43,780 nt of DNA from Mollicutes bacterium (GTDB taxonomy: Bacteria > Bacillota_I > Bacilli_A > RF39 > UBA660). This document shows positions 17,051 to 26,373 of the stretch, one piece after another. A model generated the notes under the pieces. It saw only the letters and a program-made list of their open reading frames with translations, had not been told where the DNA came from and ran no database searches. The DNA lies in NCBI GenBank assembly GCA_003559495.1, contig PWLE01000022.1, positions 1 to 43,780 on the forward strand, in the 5' to 3' direction. The position numbers and the translations under genes are program-made. The stretch's first letter is position 1. Each line of letters begins with the position of its first letter.

Positions 17051-17413
17051 ATGATAAAAAAAGAAGAACGTAACAAACAAAGAAAAAAACGTCACATACG
17101 TTTTAAAGAAAAAGTTCAGGGAAGTGCAAATATTCCTCGTTTAAGTGTTTTTCGCTCAAACAGTAATATTTTTGCACAAATAATCGATGATGAAAAAGCT
17201 GTTACTTTAGTAAGTGCTTCTTCGATTGATAAAGAATTAAAGTTAACTAATGGTAGTAATATAGAAGCAGCGCAAAAAGTTGGCGAATTATTAGCAAAAA
17301 GAGCAAAAAAAGCGAAAATAAAAAAAGTAAAATTTGATCGTGGTGGCTATTTGTATCATGGTCGAGTTAAAGCATTAGCTGAAGCAACACGGAAAAATGG
17401 ATTGGAATTTTAA
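17051..17413 (+). CDS. rplR: 50S ribosomal protein L18
   Basis: ...[18 protein letters not shown]...[18 protein letters not shown] matches L18. Confidence 0.96.
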   Translation: MIKKEERNKQRKKRHIRFKEKVQGSANIPRLSVFRSNSNIFAQIIDDEKAVTLVSASSIDKELKLTNGSNIEAAQKVGELLAKRAKKAKIKKVKFDRGGYLYHGRVKALAEATRKNGLEF

Positions 17414-17424
17414 GGAGGGTGAAT

Positions 17425-17937
17425 ATGCAAGAAAAAAAGAAATTTAAAGAACCTCGAAAAAAAACATATGACGAAGAAATAATTGATATTAGAAGGGTTA
17501 CAAAAGTAACAAAAGGTGGTCGAAATTTTCGTTTTTCGGCGGTTGTTGCTGCTGGTGACCGAAAAGGAAAAGTTGGGTTAGGAACAGGGAAAGCTAATGA
17601 AGTACCCGAAGCAATTTCTAAGGCGACAAATAATGCCGTTAAAAATATGGTTAGAATAAGTTTAGTAGAAAATCGTACTATTCCTCATGAAATTACGGCA
17701 AGGCAAACTGGTAGTAAAGTTTTATTGAAACCAGCTTTAAAAGGTACTGGTGTTAAAGCAGGTGGTGCCGTTCGCTCGGTTGTAGAATTAGCAGGTATAA
17801 AAGATATTTTGACAAAGTCTTTAGGTTCAAGCAGTAAAATAAATGTTGCGCAGGCAACTTTTAAAGCATTAAAACAACAACGAACAATAGAAGAAGTTGC
17901 TGAAATCCGTGGCAAAAGGGTGGAGGATTTAGTATGA
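17425..17937 (+). CDS. rpsE: 30S ribosomal protein S5
   Basis: ...[22 protein letters not shown]... matches S5. ATG 17425 lies 6 nt after aaggagg. Confidence 0.95.
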   Translation: MQEKKKFKEPRKKTYDEEIIDIRRVTKVTKGGRNFRFSAVVAAGDRKGKVGLGTGKANEVPEAISKATNNAVKNMVRISLVENRTIPHEITARQTGSKVLLKPALKGTGVKAGGAVRSVVELAGIKDILTKSLGSSSKINVAQATFKALKQQRTIEEVAEIRGKRVEDLV

Positions 17938-18377
17938 AATTACATGAATTAGAAGCAAATAAGCAAGCAACCAAAAACCGCAAACGAGTTGGCAGAGGAC
18001 CAGGAAGCGGTTCTGGAAAAACAAGTGGCCGTGGTGAAAAAGGTCAAAAGGCTCGTAGTGGCGGTGGTGTTAAGCCATGGTTTGAAGGTGGTCAAACACC
18101 TCTATTTCGTCGCATTCCGAAACGAGGATTTTCTAACGCCCCATTTCGTAAAAGATATGCCGTAGTTAATGTTAGTGCTTTTGATAATTTTGCCGATGAT
18201 ACAGTTATTACATTAGAATTATTAAAAGAAATGGGATTAATAAAAAAAGAATTAAAAGGATTGAAAGTATTAGGTCATGGTGATCTTAATAAAAAGGTTA
18301 CTATTAAGGCTCATAAAGTTTCGCAAAAAGCCCGCGAAAAGATTGAAAAAAAAGGTGGAAAAGTAGAGGTGATTTAA
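17934..18377 (+). CDS. rplO: 50S ribosomal protein L15
   Basis: [34 protein letters not shown] matches L15. Overlaps the rpsE stop, so there is no room for rpmD. Confidence 0.96.
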   Translation: MKLHELEANKQATKNRKRVGRGPGSGSGKTSGRGEKGQKARSGGGVKPWFEGGQTPLFRRIPKRGFSNAPFRKRYAVVNVSAFDNFADDTVITLELLKEMGLIKKELKGLKVLGHGDLNKKVTIKAHKVSQKAREKIEKKGGKVEVI

Positions 18378-19630
18378 TGTTCGCCAAATTAAAACAATTA
18401 GCAAGTCCCAAAAGTGCTGAACTGAGAAAAAGAATTTATTTTACAATTGCTATTCTTTTTATCTTTAAAGTGGGTACAACCATTATTGTTCCGGGGGTTG
18501 ACCGTGCTAATTTACAAACTTCAACATTAGGATTTTTAGAATTAGTTAATATTATGGGTGGTGGCGCCATGGAGCAATTTTCTATATTTGCACTCGGTGT
18601 TATGCCTTACATTACAGCTTCTATTATTATGCAACTAGCACAAATGGATATTATTCCTGCGGTAGCAGAAATGGCGAAAGAAGGACATACGGGAAGACAA
18701 AAAATCAATAAAATTTCTCGCATATTGGGAATTGGTATTGCTTTTATTCAAGGTTATTTAATGTCCTTTGCCTTTGTTCAACATGGTACCGCCCTTGACT
18801 ATATGCAATTTGCACTCGTCTTAACAGCCGGTACAGCATTGTTATTGTGGATGGGTGATCGTATCACCGCTAAAGGTGTTGGTAATGGTATTTCTTTGAT
18901 TATTATGGCGGGGATTATTGCTAGTATGCCAACAATGTTTATGCAAGCTTGGGGAATTTTATCAGACGCCAGCACAGGATTATTATTGTTTATCACTTTT
19001 TTACTAATCTATTTAGGAATAATTATTGGTATTGTTTTTGTCGAAACGGCAAGACGAAAAATTCCAATTCAATATGCTAATAAGTCAACTAATTTTTCTG
19101 GCAAAAACTATATTCCTTTTAAATTAAATTCAGCGGGCGTTATTCCGGTTATTTTCGCTTCAACATTATTATCAGCTCCTGCTTTTGTTAGTGAATTTTC
19201 GGATAATGTCAGAATTACTAATTTTGTTGAAAATTATTTAATGATGGATAGTGGACCAGGTTTTGTATTGTATATTGGGTTAATTATTGCTTTTTGTTAT
19301 TTTTATACACATTTGCAAATCAAACCAAAAGAAATGTCAGAAAATTTACAAAAAAATGGTGGCTTTATTCCTGGTATTCGTCCGGGAAAAGATACCATAG
19401 AATATGTTAAAACAGTGCTTAATCGTTTAACATTTGTCGGGGCGATATTTCTTGCTTTTATAGCCGGTTTACCAATTATTTTTGCTAATATTACTAATTT
19501 GCCACCCAGTGTTTCTATTGGGGGAACCGGATTATTAATTGTTGTTGGTGTGACACTTGAAACTTATCGAAAAATTGATAGTGAATTAACAAGTCGAACA
19601 TTTGAAGGGCGTCGGAGTCGTCGTCGATGA
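18377..19630 (+). CDS. secY: Preprotein translocase subunit SecY
   Basis: Polytopic membrane protein in the conserved position after rplO. ...FALGVMPYITASIIMQL... matches SecY. Confidence 0.96.
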   Translation: MFAKLKQLASPKSAELRKRIYFTIAILFIFKVGTTIIVPGVDRANLQTSTLGFLELVNIMGGGAMEQFSIFALGVMPYITASIIMQLAQMDIIPAVAEMAKEGHTGRQKINKISRILGIGIAFIQGYLMSFAFVQHGTALDYMQFALVLTAGTALLLWMGDRITAKGVGNGISLIIMAGIIASMPTMFMQAWGILSDASTGLLLFITFLLIYLGIIIGIVFVETARRKIPIQYANKSTNFSGKNYIPFKLNSAGVIPVIFASTLLSAPAFVSEFSDNVRITNFVENYLMMDSGPGFVLYIGLIIAFCYFYTHLQIKPKEMSENLQKNGGFIPGIRPGKDTIEYVKTVLNRLTFVGAIFLAFIAGLPIIFANITNLPPSVSIGGTGLLIVVGVTLETYRKIDSELTSRTFEGRRSRRR

Positions 19631-20244
19631 AACTTTTAATATTAGCGCCGCCGGCAGCTGGTAAAGGAACGCAAGCTACTTTATTAAGTGAGTATTATGC
19701 AAAACCACATTTGGCTTTTGGTGATTTATTACGACAAATAGTAAAAGAAGATTCTGAGCCAGGACTTGTAATTGCAAATAAAATGAATAGTGGCGAATTT
19801 ATTTCCGATCAATTAGCATGGCAAATAATAAAAAAACATCTTGAAAAAAACAGCAACGGTTTTATTTTAGAAGGTTTTCCTCGTAATGTTGCTCAAGCAC
19901 AAATATTGGAAAAAGAAAAAGTTAATCTTGATGCTGTCGTTTTTCTAAATGTTGATATCGAAGAATTAAAAAAACGCCATACTAATCGGCTTTTGTGTTC
20001 CAAATGTGGCAGAAACTTTACCAAAAAAGAGAATGATAAATGTCCGGATTGTTTAATTCCTTTAACGAAAAGATCTGATGATAAAAAGGACGTATTTGAA
20101 AATAGATTAAGAGTTTATCAAAAAGAAACGGAACCATTAGTAGATTATTATCAAAAACAAGGCTTGTTATTAAATGTTGATGGCAATAAAAAACCAGTGG
20201 AAATCTTTCAGGAGATTACTAAGGTGTTAGATGATAAAAAATAA
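19627..20244 (+). CDS. adk: Adenylate kinase (zinc-lid type)
   Basis: P-loop-like APPAAGKGTQ. LID with CSKCGR...CPDC. Confidence 0.93.
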   Translation: MKLLILAPPAAGKGTQATLLSEYYAKPHLAFGDLLRQIVKEDSEPGLVIANKMNSGEFISDQLAWQIIKKHLEKNSNGFILEGFPRNVAQAQILEKEKVNLDAVVFLNVDIEELKKRHTNRLLCSKCGRNFTKKENDKCPDCLIPLTKRSDDKKDVFENRLRVYQKETEPLVDYYQKQGLLLNVDGNKKPVEIFQEITKVLDDKK

Positions 20245-20971
20245 AAAAGAAATTGCGCTTATGACAAAAGCGAGTCAAATTGTTGCTGCGACACATAAAT
20301 ATTTAAAACCGAAAATAAAACCAGGCGTTACTACTAATAAGCTAAATGAATTAGCCGAGGGATATATCATAAAAAATAATGCTTATCCAGCTTTTAAGGG
20401 GTATAAAGGCTTTCCGAAAGCAATTTGCATATCCATTAATGAAGAAGTTGTCCATGGTATTCCTAGTAAGCGCATTTTGCAAGATGGTTATATTATAGCA
20501 ATTGATATTGGCGTTTATTATAAGGGTTATTACGGTGATGCGGCTTGTACTTATCCGGTTGGAGAAATTAGTCAAAAGAAAAAAGAATTAATTTTCCATA
20601 CTGAAAAAGCGTTATATGAAGCAATTAAGATAGTAAAAGAAGGAATTGATATTAATGATATTGGTCGGATAATTGAGGCTTATTTAAAACCATACGGATA
20701 TGGTATTGTTGAAGATTTAGTAGGTCATGGTATTGGCAAAAAGTTACACGAGGCACCAGAAATCTTAAATTATGCAACTTCTAAAAAAGGTTTAACATTA
20801 AAAGCTGGTATGACCTTAGCAATTGAACCAATGATTAATATGGGTTGTAAAGAAGTTGCTTTAAAAGAAGATTACTGGACGATTGTAACAAAAGATAATC
20901 AACCATCCGCCCATTTTGAACATACAGTTTTAGTAACTAAAAAGGGCGTTAAAATATTAACGAAAGGGTGA
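20231..20971 (+). CDS. map: Type I methionine aminopeptidase
   Basis: ...VVHGIPS...IDIGV...YGDAA...VGHGIG...EP...HFEHTV metal-ligand pattern. Confidence 0.94.
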   Translation: MIKNKKEIALMTKASQIVAATHKYLKPKIKPGVTTNKLNELAEGYIIKNNAYPAFKGYKGFPKAICISINEEVVHGIPSKRILQDGYIIAIDIGVYYKGYYGDAACTYPVGEISQKKKELIFHTEKALYEAIKIVKEGIDINDIGRIIEAYLKPYGYGIVEDLVGHGIGKKLHEAPEILNYATSKKGLTLKAGMTLAIEPMINMGCKEVALKEDYWTIVTKDNQPSAHFEHTVLVTKKGVKILTKG

Positions 20972-20977
20972 TAATAG

Positions 20978-21196
20978 GTGGCAAAAGAAGATATTATTGA
21001 AGTAGAAGGAAAGGTATTAGAAATTTTACCTGGCGGAACATACAAAGTAGAATTAGAAAATCAGCATATTATTACAGCGCACGTTTCTGGTAAAATGCGA
21101 ATGTATCATATCCGCATTTCAGCAGGTGACACAGTTGTAGTTGAATTATCAACTTATGATTTAACACGTGGACGAATAACCTTTCGCAAGAATTAG
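20978..21196 (+). CDS. infA: Translation initiation factor IF-1
   Basis: GTG start. [15 protein letters not shown]...[28 protein letters not shown] matches IF-1. Confidence 0.96.
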   Translation: MAKEDIIEVEGKVLEILPGGTYKVELENQHIITAHVSGKMRMYHIRISAGDTVVVELSTYDLTRGRITFRKN

Positions 21197-21208
21197 GAGG
21201 TAAAAAAA

Positions 21209-21322
21209 ATGAAGACACGATCATCAGTTAAAAAAATATGTGACAATTGTAAAATAGTAAAAAGAAAAGGAATAACATATGTAATATGTTCAAATCCAAA
21301 GCATAAACAAAGACAAGGATAA
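21209..21322 (+). CDS. rpmJ: 50S ribosomal protein L36 (37 aa)
   Basis: Not in the supplied ORF track. Hand translation: [37 protein letters not shown]. ggagg SD. Confidence 0.94.
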   Translation: MKTRSSVKKICDNCKIVKRKGITYVICSNPKHKQRQG

Positions 21323-21335
21323 TAGGAGGTGTGTT

Positions 21336-21701
21336 ATGGCACGAATAAAAGGTGTAGATATTCCCAAGGAAAAAAGAATTGTAATTTCGTTAACTTATAT
21401 TTTTGGTGTTGGCAAAGGACTTGCGCAAAGAATTTTAAAAGCTGCAAAGGTCGATGAGAATAAAAAAGTTAAGGATCTTACTTCTGATGAATTATTAGCA
21501 ATTCGAAATGAAATTGAAAATCATACTATTGAAGGAGAATTGCGAAGTGAAAACAACATGAATATCAAAACAAAAATGGAAATAAATTCATATCAGGGAA
21601 CAAGACACAAAAAAGGATTGCCGGTACGTGGACAAAGAACAAATCGCAATGCGAAAACACGTAAAGGCCGCGGAAAAACAATTGCAAATAAGAAAAAGTA
21701 A
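21336..21701 (+). CDS. rpsM: 30S ribosomal protein S13
   Basis: [26 protein letters not shown] matches S13. Confidence 0.97.
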   Translation: MARIKGVDIPKEKRIVISLTYIFGVGKGLAQRILKAAKVDENKKVKDLTSDELLAIRNEIENHTIEGELRSENNMNIKTKMEINSYQGTRHKKGLPVRGQRTNRNAKTRKGRGKTIANKKK

Positions 21702-21715
21702 AAGGAGGTAAGAAA

Positions 21716-22099
21716 ATGGCATATAAAGCAAGAAAAAGAAAAGTTAAAAAAAATGTTCCCGAAGGAAAAGCTTATATTCATTCGACATTTAATAATACAA
21801 TAGTAACAATAACTGATAAAGATGGCAATGTAATAAGCTGGGCCTCATCAGGAACATTGGGTTTTACTGGGAGTAAGAAATCAACGCCCTTTGCAGCAGG
21901 GAGTTCAGCTGAAGCTGCGGCTCGAGCTGCTGTTGAAGTAGGAATGAAAAAAGCAGAAGTATTTGTTAAAGGACTTGGTTCTGGTCGGGAAACAGCGATT
22001 CGTTCGCTGCAAACAGCAGGTTTAGAAATAATGGCAATTACAGATGTTACACCAGTACCTCATAATGGATGTCGTCCCCCAAAACGACCTCGAAAATAA
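21716..22099 (+). CDS. rpsK: 30S ribosomal protein S11
   Basis: ...[18 protein letters not shown]...W.S.G..GF.GS.K.TP.AA matches S11. Confidence 0.97.
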   Translation: MAYKARKRKVKKNVPEGKAYIHSTFNNTIVTITDKDGNVISWASSGTLGFTGSKKSTPFAAGSSAEAAARAAVEVGMKKAEVFVKGLGSGRETAIRSLQTAGLEIMAITDVTPVPHNGCRPPKRPRK

Positions 22100-22120
22100 T
22101 AAAAAAAAGGAGAGGATAAA

Positions 22121-23071
22121 ATGTTAAATTTTGAGAAACCCGTTTATAAAATTACAGAATATATTGAAAATAATAATTTTGGTAAATTTGAACTAGAACC
22201 ATTAGAAAGAGGATTCGGTATGACACTTGGGAATGCTTTACGAAGAGTAATGTTATCAAGTCTACCAGGAAGCGCTATTATTGCCGTAAAAGCAGAAGGC
22301 GCTATGCACGAATTTCAAACGCTAGATGGTGTCGTTGAGGATTTAACAACGATTATTTTAAATTTGAAAAATGTTGCTATTCGTAATCATACGAATGAAC
22401 AAAAAATTATTAAGTTAAATGCTAATAAAGAAGGACAGGTTGTGGCTGGGGATATTATATGTGATTCAGATATAGAAATTATTAATAAGGATCTAGTAAT
22501 TGCTAATATTGCTAAAGGCGGCAGTTTAAATGCCGAGATGATTGTTGCCAATGGACGTGGTTATGTTCCAGCGGAAGAAAATAAAATAAAATTAGAAGAC
22601 GAAAAACTTGGTTTTATTCCAATTGATGCAATGTATCTTCCCATTGAAAGAGTTAATTATGATGTTGAAAGTGCTCGGGTTGGTCAAAAGGCTAATTATG
22701 ACAAATTAACCGTAAATGTTACTACCAATGGTGCTCTAAGACCAGAAGAAGCAATGGCATTGGCAGCAAAAATAGTAAATGAACATATGGCTATTTTAAT
22801 GGAATTGAGTGAAATAGTAGATGAAACTGGCGTTATGGTTTCGAAAAAAGAAGACAAAAAGCAACAACAATTAGAAACATTAATTGAAGATTTAGATTTT
22901 TCACCGCGAGCTGAAAATTGTCTAAAGAAAGATGCTATTAAAACGATTGGCGATTTAGTAGCAAGAAGTGAAAATGAAATAAAAAATATTAGAAATTTAG
23001 GACAAAAATCATTTAAAGAAATTGTTGATAAAGTAAATGAACTTAATCTTGAATTTAAAGAAGAAGAGTAG
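22121..23071 (+). CDS. rpoA: DNA-directed RNA polymerase subunit alpha
   Basis: ...GMTLGNALRRVMLSSLPG... in the NTD. CTD ...LDFSPRAENCLKKDAIKTIGDLV. Confidence 0.96.
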   Translation: MLNFEKPVYKITEYIENNNFGKFELEPLERGFGMTLGNALRRVMLSSLPGSAIIAVKAEGAMHEFQTLDGVVEDLTTIILNLKNVAIRNHTNEQKIIKLNANKEGQVVAGDIICDSDIEIINKDLVIANIAKGGSLNAEMIVANGRGYVPAEENKIKLEDEKLGFIPIDAMYLPIERVNYDVESARVGQKANYDKLTVNVTTNGALRPEEAMALAAKIVNEHMAILMELSEIVDETGVMVSKKEDKKQQQLETLIEDLDFSPRAENCLKKDAIKTIGDLVARSENEIKNIRNLGQKSFKEIVDKVNELNLEFKEEE

Positions 23072-23080
23072 GAGGAACTT

Positions 23081-23443
23081 ATGTATCGTAAATTAGGAAG
23101 AGATAACAAACATCGTCGTAGTATGTTAGCAAATCTAACAAAAGAATTAATTATGCATGAAGAAATTATTACTACGGAAACACGTGCTAAAGAAGTAAGA
23201 AAATTTTTCGATCGCATGATAACACACGGTAAAGAAGGAACGGTAGAAGCACGCCGTCGTATGTTAGCATTTTTACAAAATGATAAAGAAGTTGTTAATA
23301 AAGTTATGCAGGAATTAGTTCCTCGCTTTAAAGACCGCAAGGGGGGCTATTCCCGGATTGTAAAAATAGCGGAACGCCGTGGTGATAATGCTTTAACTGT
23401 GCAGTTAAAATTAGTTAAAGAAAAGGAAAAACTGTCAAGTTAA
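23081..23443 (+). CDS. rplQ: 50S ribosomal protein L17
   Basis: MYRKLGRDNKHRRSMLANL...ITTETRAKEVR matches L17. Confidence 0.96.
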   Translation: MYRKLGRDNKHRRSMLANLTKELIMHEEIITTETRAKEVRKFFDRMITHGKEGTVEARRRMLAFLQNDKEVVNKVMQELVPRFKDRKGGYSRIVKIAERRGDNALTVQLKLVKEKEKLSS

Positions 23444-23444
23444 T

Positions 23445-23474
23445 AAAAAAAGCAAGAAATAACTTGCTTTTTTA
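23445..23474 (+). terminator. Rho-independent terminator of the alpha operon
   Basis: AGCAAG (23451-23456) pairs with CTTGCT (23463-23468), flanked by an A-run and a T-run. Confidence 0.7.
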
Positions 23475-23515
23475 TTTAGAAGGTGTTATGCTTTTATTAG
23501 AATAGGAGGGAAAAA

Positions 23516-23959
23516 ATGAATAAAAAAGGTTTTACTTTAATCGAACTACTTGCCGTTATTGTTATTTTAGCAATTATTTTGTTAATTGCCATGCCAATCG
23601 TTTTAAACATTCTTGATGAAGCAAGAAGGGGTGCATTTAATGCAACGGGCTATGGTCTAGTAAAGACAGCTGAGAATGAATATTTAAGACGATCACTTGA
23701 TGGAACACCAGATGCAGTAACTTATAGTTTTTCTGGTGGGGAACAGCAAGCTCCAGATCCTGCTTCAGTAGATGAATTAGAATTTTCTGGCGAAGCACCA
23801 ACTGTTGGCGGAATTCATGTCACATCAGGTGGCGTAATTACAATGACAATTCATGATGGTGTATATTGTTCTTACAAAGGACCTGATACAACAGATGTAA
23901 CTACTGAAGAAATGGATTTAGCTGGTTGTGATTTAACCGCAGCACCTTGGACACCATAA
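23516..23959 (+). CDS. Prepilin-type N-terminal cleavage/methylation domain protein (type IV pilin or ComGC-like pseudopilin)
   Basis: MNKKGFTLIELLAVIVILAIILLIAMP is a class III signal (G|FTLIE). Two C-terminal Cys (CSYKG...GCD). ggaggg SD. Confidence 0.85.
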   Translation: MNKKGFTLIELLAVIVILAIILLIAMPIVLNILDEARRGAFNATGYGLVKTAENEYLRRSLDGTPDAVTYSFSGGEQQAPDPASVDELEFSGEAPTVGGIHVTSGGVITMTIHDGVYCSYKGPDTTDVTTEEMDLAGCDLTAAPWTP

Positions 23960-23969
23960 TAAAAAAATC

Positions 23970-24001
23970 AAACAAAGTAAAAATTTACTTTGTTTTTTTT
24001 T
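23970..24001 (+). terminator. Rho-independent terminator after the prepilin gene
   Basis: 10-bp stem AAACAAAGTA (23970-23979) pairs with TACTTTGTTT (23986-23995), followed by a T-run. Confidence 0.8.
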
Positions 24002-24004
24002 GCC

Positions 24005-24033
24005 TTGTAAAAATAATAATAAATCGTTATAAT
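24005..24033 (+). promoter_or_regulatory. Promoter of gpsA
   Basis: TTGTAA (24005-24010), 17-nt spacer, TATAAT (24028-24033). Confidence 0.55.
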
Positions 24034-24050
24034 TGTTAAAGGAGGTCATT

Positions 24051-24905
24051 ATGAAAATAGCAATATTAGGAACCGGTGCCTATGGCCTTTCTCTAGCACT
24101 AATGTTAGCAAAAAATGGTAACGAAGTTATTATGTATACTAAATTTTCTGATGAATGTAAAATGTTAGTAGAAACAAGGGAAAATAAGCAGCGTCTGCCC
24201 GGTATAAAACTTCCTGATAAAATTGCATTTACTACTAATATGGCAGAGAGTGTTTTAGAAAGTGAAATTATTTTTATTATGGTTCCGGCTGGTTTTGTCG
24301 ATGATATTAGTCGCGAACTCGTTAATTATTATCAAGGTCAACATATTTGTATTGGTTCGAAAGGAATTGAACAAGACACTTGCCTTTTTGTTGATGATGT
24401 TGTTAGAAAATATATTAATACTGATAAAATTGCTGTTATTTCCGGTCCGTCTTTTGCCGTTGATATTGTCCAAAATGTACCGATTGGTTTAACATTAGCA
24501 AGCATGAATAAAAAAACAGCTACTTTGGTAACAAATGCTTTGGCAAATGAGACTTTAAAAATTCGTTTTTGCTATGATGTTGTTGGAGTAGAAATTTGTG
24601 GATCGATAAAAAATATTATTGCCATTGCTTGTGGGGTGATTGATGGTATGAAATTACCAGAATCAACTAAAGCAATGTTAATTACCGAAGCATTACACGA
24701 TATGAAAGAATTGATAGCGGCCTTTGGTGGTGATAAAAAAACTATTTTATCTTATGCTGGCATTGGTGATTTAATTTTAACTTGTACTAGTTCAAAAAGC
24801 CGCAATTTTACTTTTGGACAGATGATCGGAAAAAGAGCTTCGAAAGAAGAAATTGATAAATATTTATCGCAAGTAACTGTTGAGGGCTATTACACATTAA
24901 AGTAA
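24051..24905 (+). CDS. gpsA: NAD(P)H-dependent glycerol-3-phosphate dehydrogenase, ending prematurely at an in-frame TAA
   Basis: MKIAILGTGAYGLSLALMLA Rossmann N-terminus after ggagg. ...SGPSFA...GSIKNIIAIA... Ends ...VEGYYTLK, about 40 aa short of usual GpsA. Confidence 0.88.
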   Translation: MKIAILGTGAYGLSLALMLAKNGNEVIMYTKFSDECKMLVETRENKQRLPGIKLPDKIAFTTNMAESVLESEIIFIMVPAGFVDDISRELVNYYQGQHICIGSKGIEQDTCLFVDDVVRKYINTDKIAVISGPSFAVDIVQNVPIGLTLASMNKKTATLVTNALANETLKIRFCYDVVGVEICGSIKNIIAIACGVIDGMKLPESTKAMLITEALHDMKELIAAFGGDKKTILSYAGIGDLILTCTSSKSRNFTFGQMIGKRASKEEIDKYLSQVTVEGYYTLK

Positions 24906-25025
24906 ATTTATAGTTTATTGCGTCATCGACAAGTAAAAATGCCAATAGTCGACTTAATGTATGATATAATAATACATGGTGAAGATATTAATAAATTAGA
25001 AGCATTTTTAATAAAAAAAGATTAG
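24906..25025 (+). other. gpsA: In-frame continuation of gpsA after the TAA, encoding the missing conserved C-terminus
   Basis: The same frame reads IYSLLRHRQVKMPIVDLMYDIIIHGEDINKLEAFLIKKD, then TAG 25023-25025. This resembles the GpsA C-terminal ...V.MPI....Y..L..G.. region. Confidence 0.7.
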
Positions 25026-25034
25026 AGGTGATTA

Positions 25035-25463
25035 ATGATGGAAGTTATTGTTGTTAATGGTCAAGAACGAAAATTAAATGGCTTTTTTGATTGGGTTATT
25101 CATATGGTTGGCTATACATTAGTTTTGGTATTGGCAGATGTTTTATTTAGTATTATTGAAATTAATAATGAATTGTTCGGCCTATGGGCCTTTTTAGCAG
25201 CCGTTATTATTTATATTTTAAATAAAACAGTCAAACCAATTTTAATTTTTTTAACATTACCGATTACTGTTTTTACAATGGGTCTTTTTTATCCATTTAT
25301 TAATATTGTAATTTTATATATGACTGATTTTTTTCTCGCTGACAATTTCAATATTGTTGGTGGAAATATTTTCTATTTATTTTTAGTAGCTATTTTTATT
25401 TCTATTATGAATATTTTAATGCGAGAATTAGTCATCAGACCAATATTAGAAAGAGGTGCATAA
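25035..25463 (+). CDS. Phage-holin-superfamily-IV-like membrane protein (YvlD-like)
   Basis: Four TMs. ...LNKTVKPILIFLTLPITVFTMGLFYPFINIVILYMTDFFL... matches the YvlD/Phage_holin_4_2 core pattern. Confidence 0.7.
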   Translation: MMEVIVVNGQERKLNGFFDWVIHMVGYTLVLVLADVLFSIIEINNELFGLWAFLAAVIIYILNKTVKPILIFLTLPITVFTMGLFYPFINIVILYMTDFFLADNFNIVGGNIFYLFLVAIFISIMNILMRELVIRPILERGA

Positions 25464-25464
25464 A

Positions 25465-26373
25465 ATGGATCCGGTTTTAGTAGATTTAATATATGTTAAA
25501 ATTTATTGGTACTCTGTTATTATATTGCTAGCTTTTTTATTAGCGGGCTATGTGGCAATGAAAGAGGCAAAAAAATTTGATATTGATGAAGATACATTTA
25601 TTAATTTTGTTTTTTTTCTAGTTCCCATTTCTTTATTAGGAGCACGCATTTATTATGTTATTTTTAATTGGTCACATTATAGTGATAACCTATTAAACGC
25701 TTTTCGAGTGTGGGAAGGTGGTTTAGCTATTCATGGCGGCATTATTTTTGGATTGCTTTGGATTATTCTTTTTGTGCGCATGCAAAGAATTAATTTTATG
25801 AGATTTTTAGATATTGTTGCACCGGCTTTATTACTTGGTCAAGCTATTGGGCGTTGGGGTAATTTTATGAATCAAGAAGCATACGGACCAGCCACCACAG
25901 CAGCTCATTTAGAATCACTTTATATTCCTAAATTTATTATTGAAGGAATGTATATTAATGGTGTTTATTATCATCCAACTTTTTTCTATGAATTTGTTTG
26001 GTGTTTAATAGGGTTTTTTCTATTATTATTAATTCGTAAAATTTCCCAATATTTAAAAATTGGTCAATTAACAGGATTAGGATTAATATGGTTAGGTGCC
26101 GGCCGGTATTATATCGAAGGGATGCGCTTGGATAGTTTAATGATTGGCGATATAAAAGTTGCTCAAGTTGTTTCAATTTTAATGATTCTTATCGGAATTT
26201 TTCTTTATTTCAAAGCTCGTCGGCGTTCTCATTTCCAAAATTTATATCACGACAAAGACCCCGGTTCCTTTAAAATTGATGCCGATGTAAAACCAAAAGA
26301 AATTAACATAGAACGAAAAGAAAAAGTTATTGACGATGAGTTTATTGATAAAGGATTTAAAGATGAAGTATGA
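25465..26373 (+). CDS. lgt: Prolipoprotein diacylglyceryl transferase
   Basis: ...IHGGIIFG... and GRWGNFMNQEAYG signatures, polytopic. ATG 25465 is preferred over GTG 25456. Confidence 0.92.
   Translation: MDPVLVDLIYVKIYWYSVIILLAFLLAGYVAMKEAKKFDIDEDTFINFVFFLVPISLLGARIYYVIFNWSHYSDNLLNAFRVWEGGLAIHGGIIFGLLWIILFVRMQRINFMRFLDIVAPALLLGQAIGRWGNFMNQEAYGPATTAAHLESLYIPKFIIEGMYINGVYYHPTFFYEFVWCLIGFFLLLLIRKISQYLKIGQLTGLGLIWLGAGRYYIEGMRLDSLMIGDIKVAQVVSILMILIGIFLYFKARRRSHFQNLYHDKDPGSFKIDADVKPKEINIERKEKVIDDEFIDKGFKDEV

Noticed and set aside
22696-23340. 214-aa ORF antisense to the rpoA 3' end and rplQ
   Set aside because: It runs opposite two confidently identified conserved genes. It is a low-complexity S/L/I/F-rich translation, typical of the antisense of K/E-rich AT-rich coding DNA, and has no SD or promoter.
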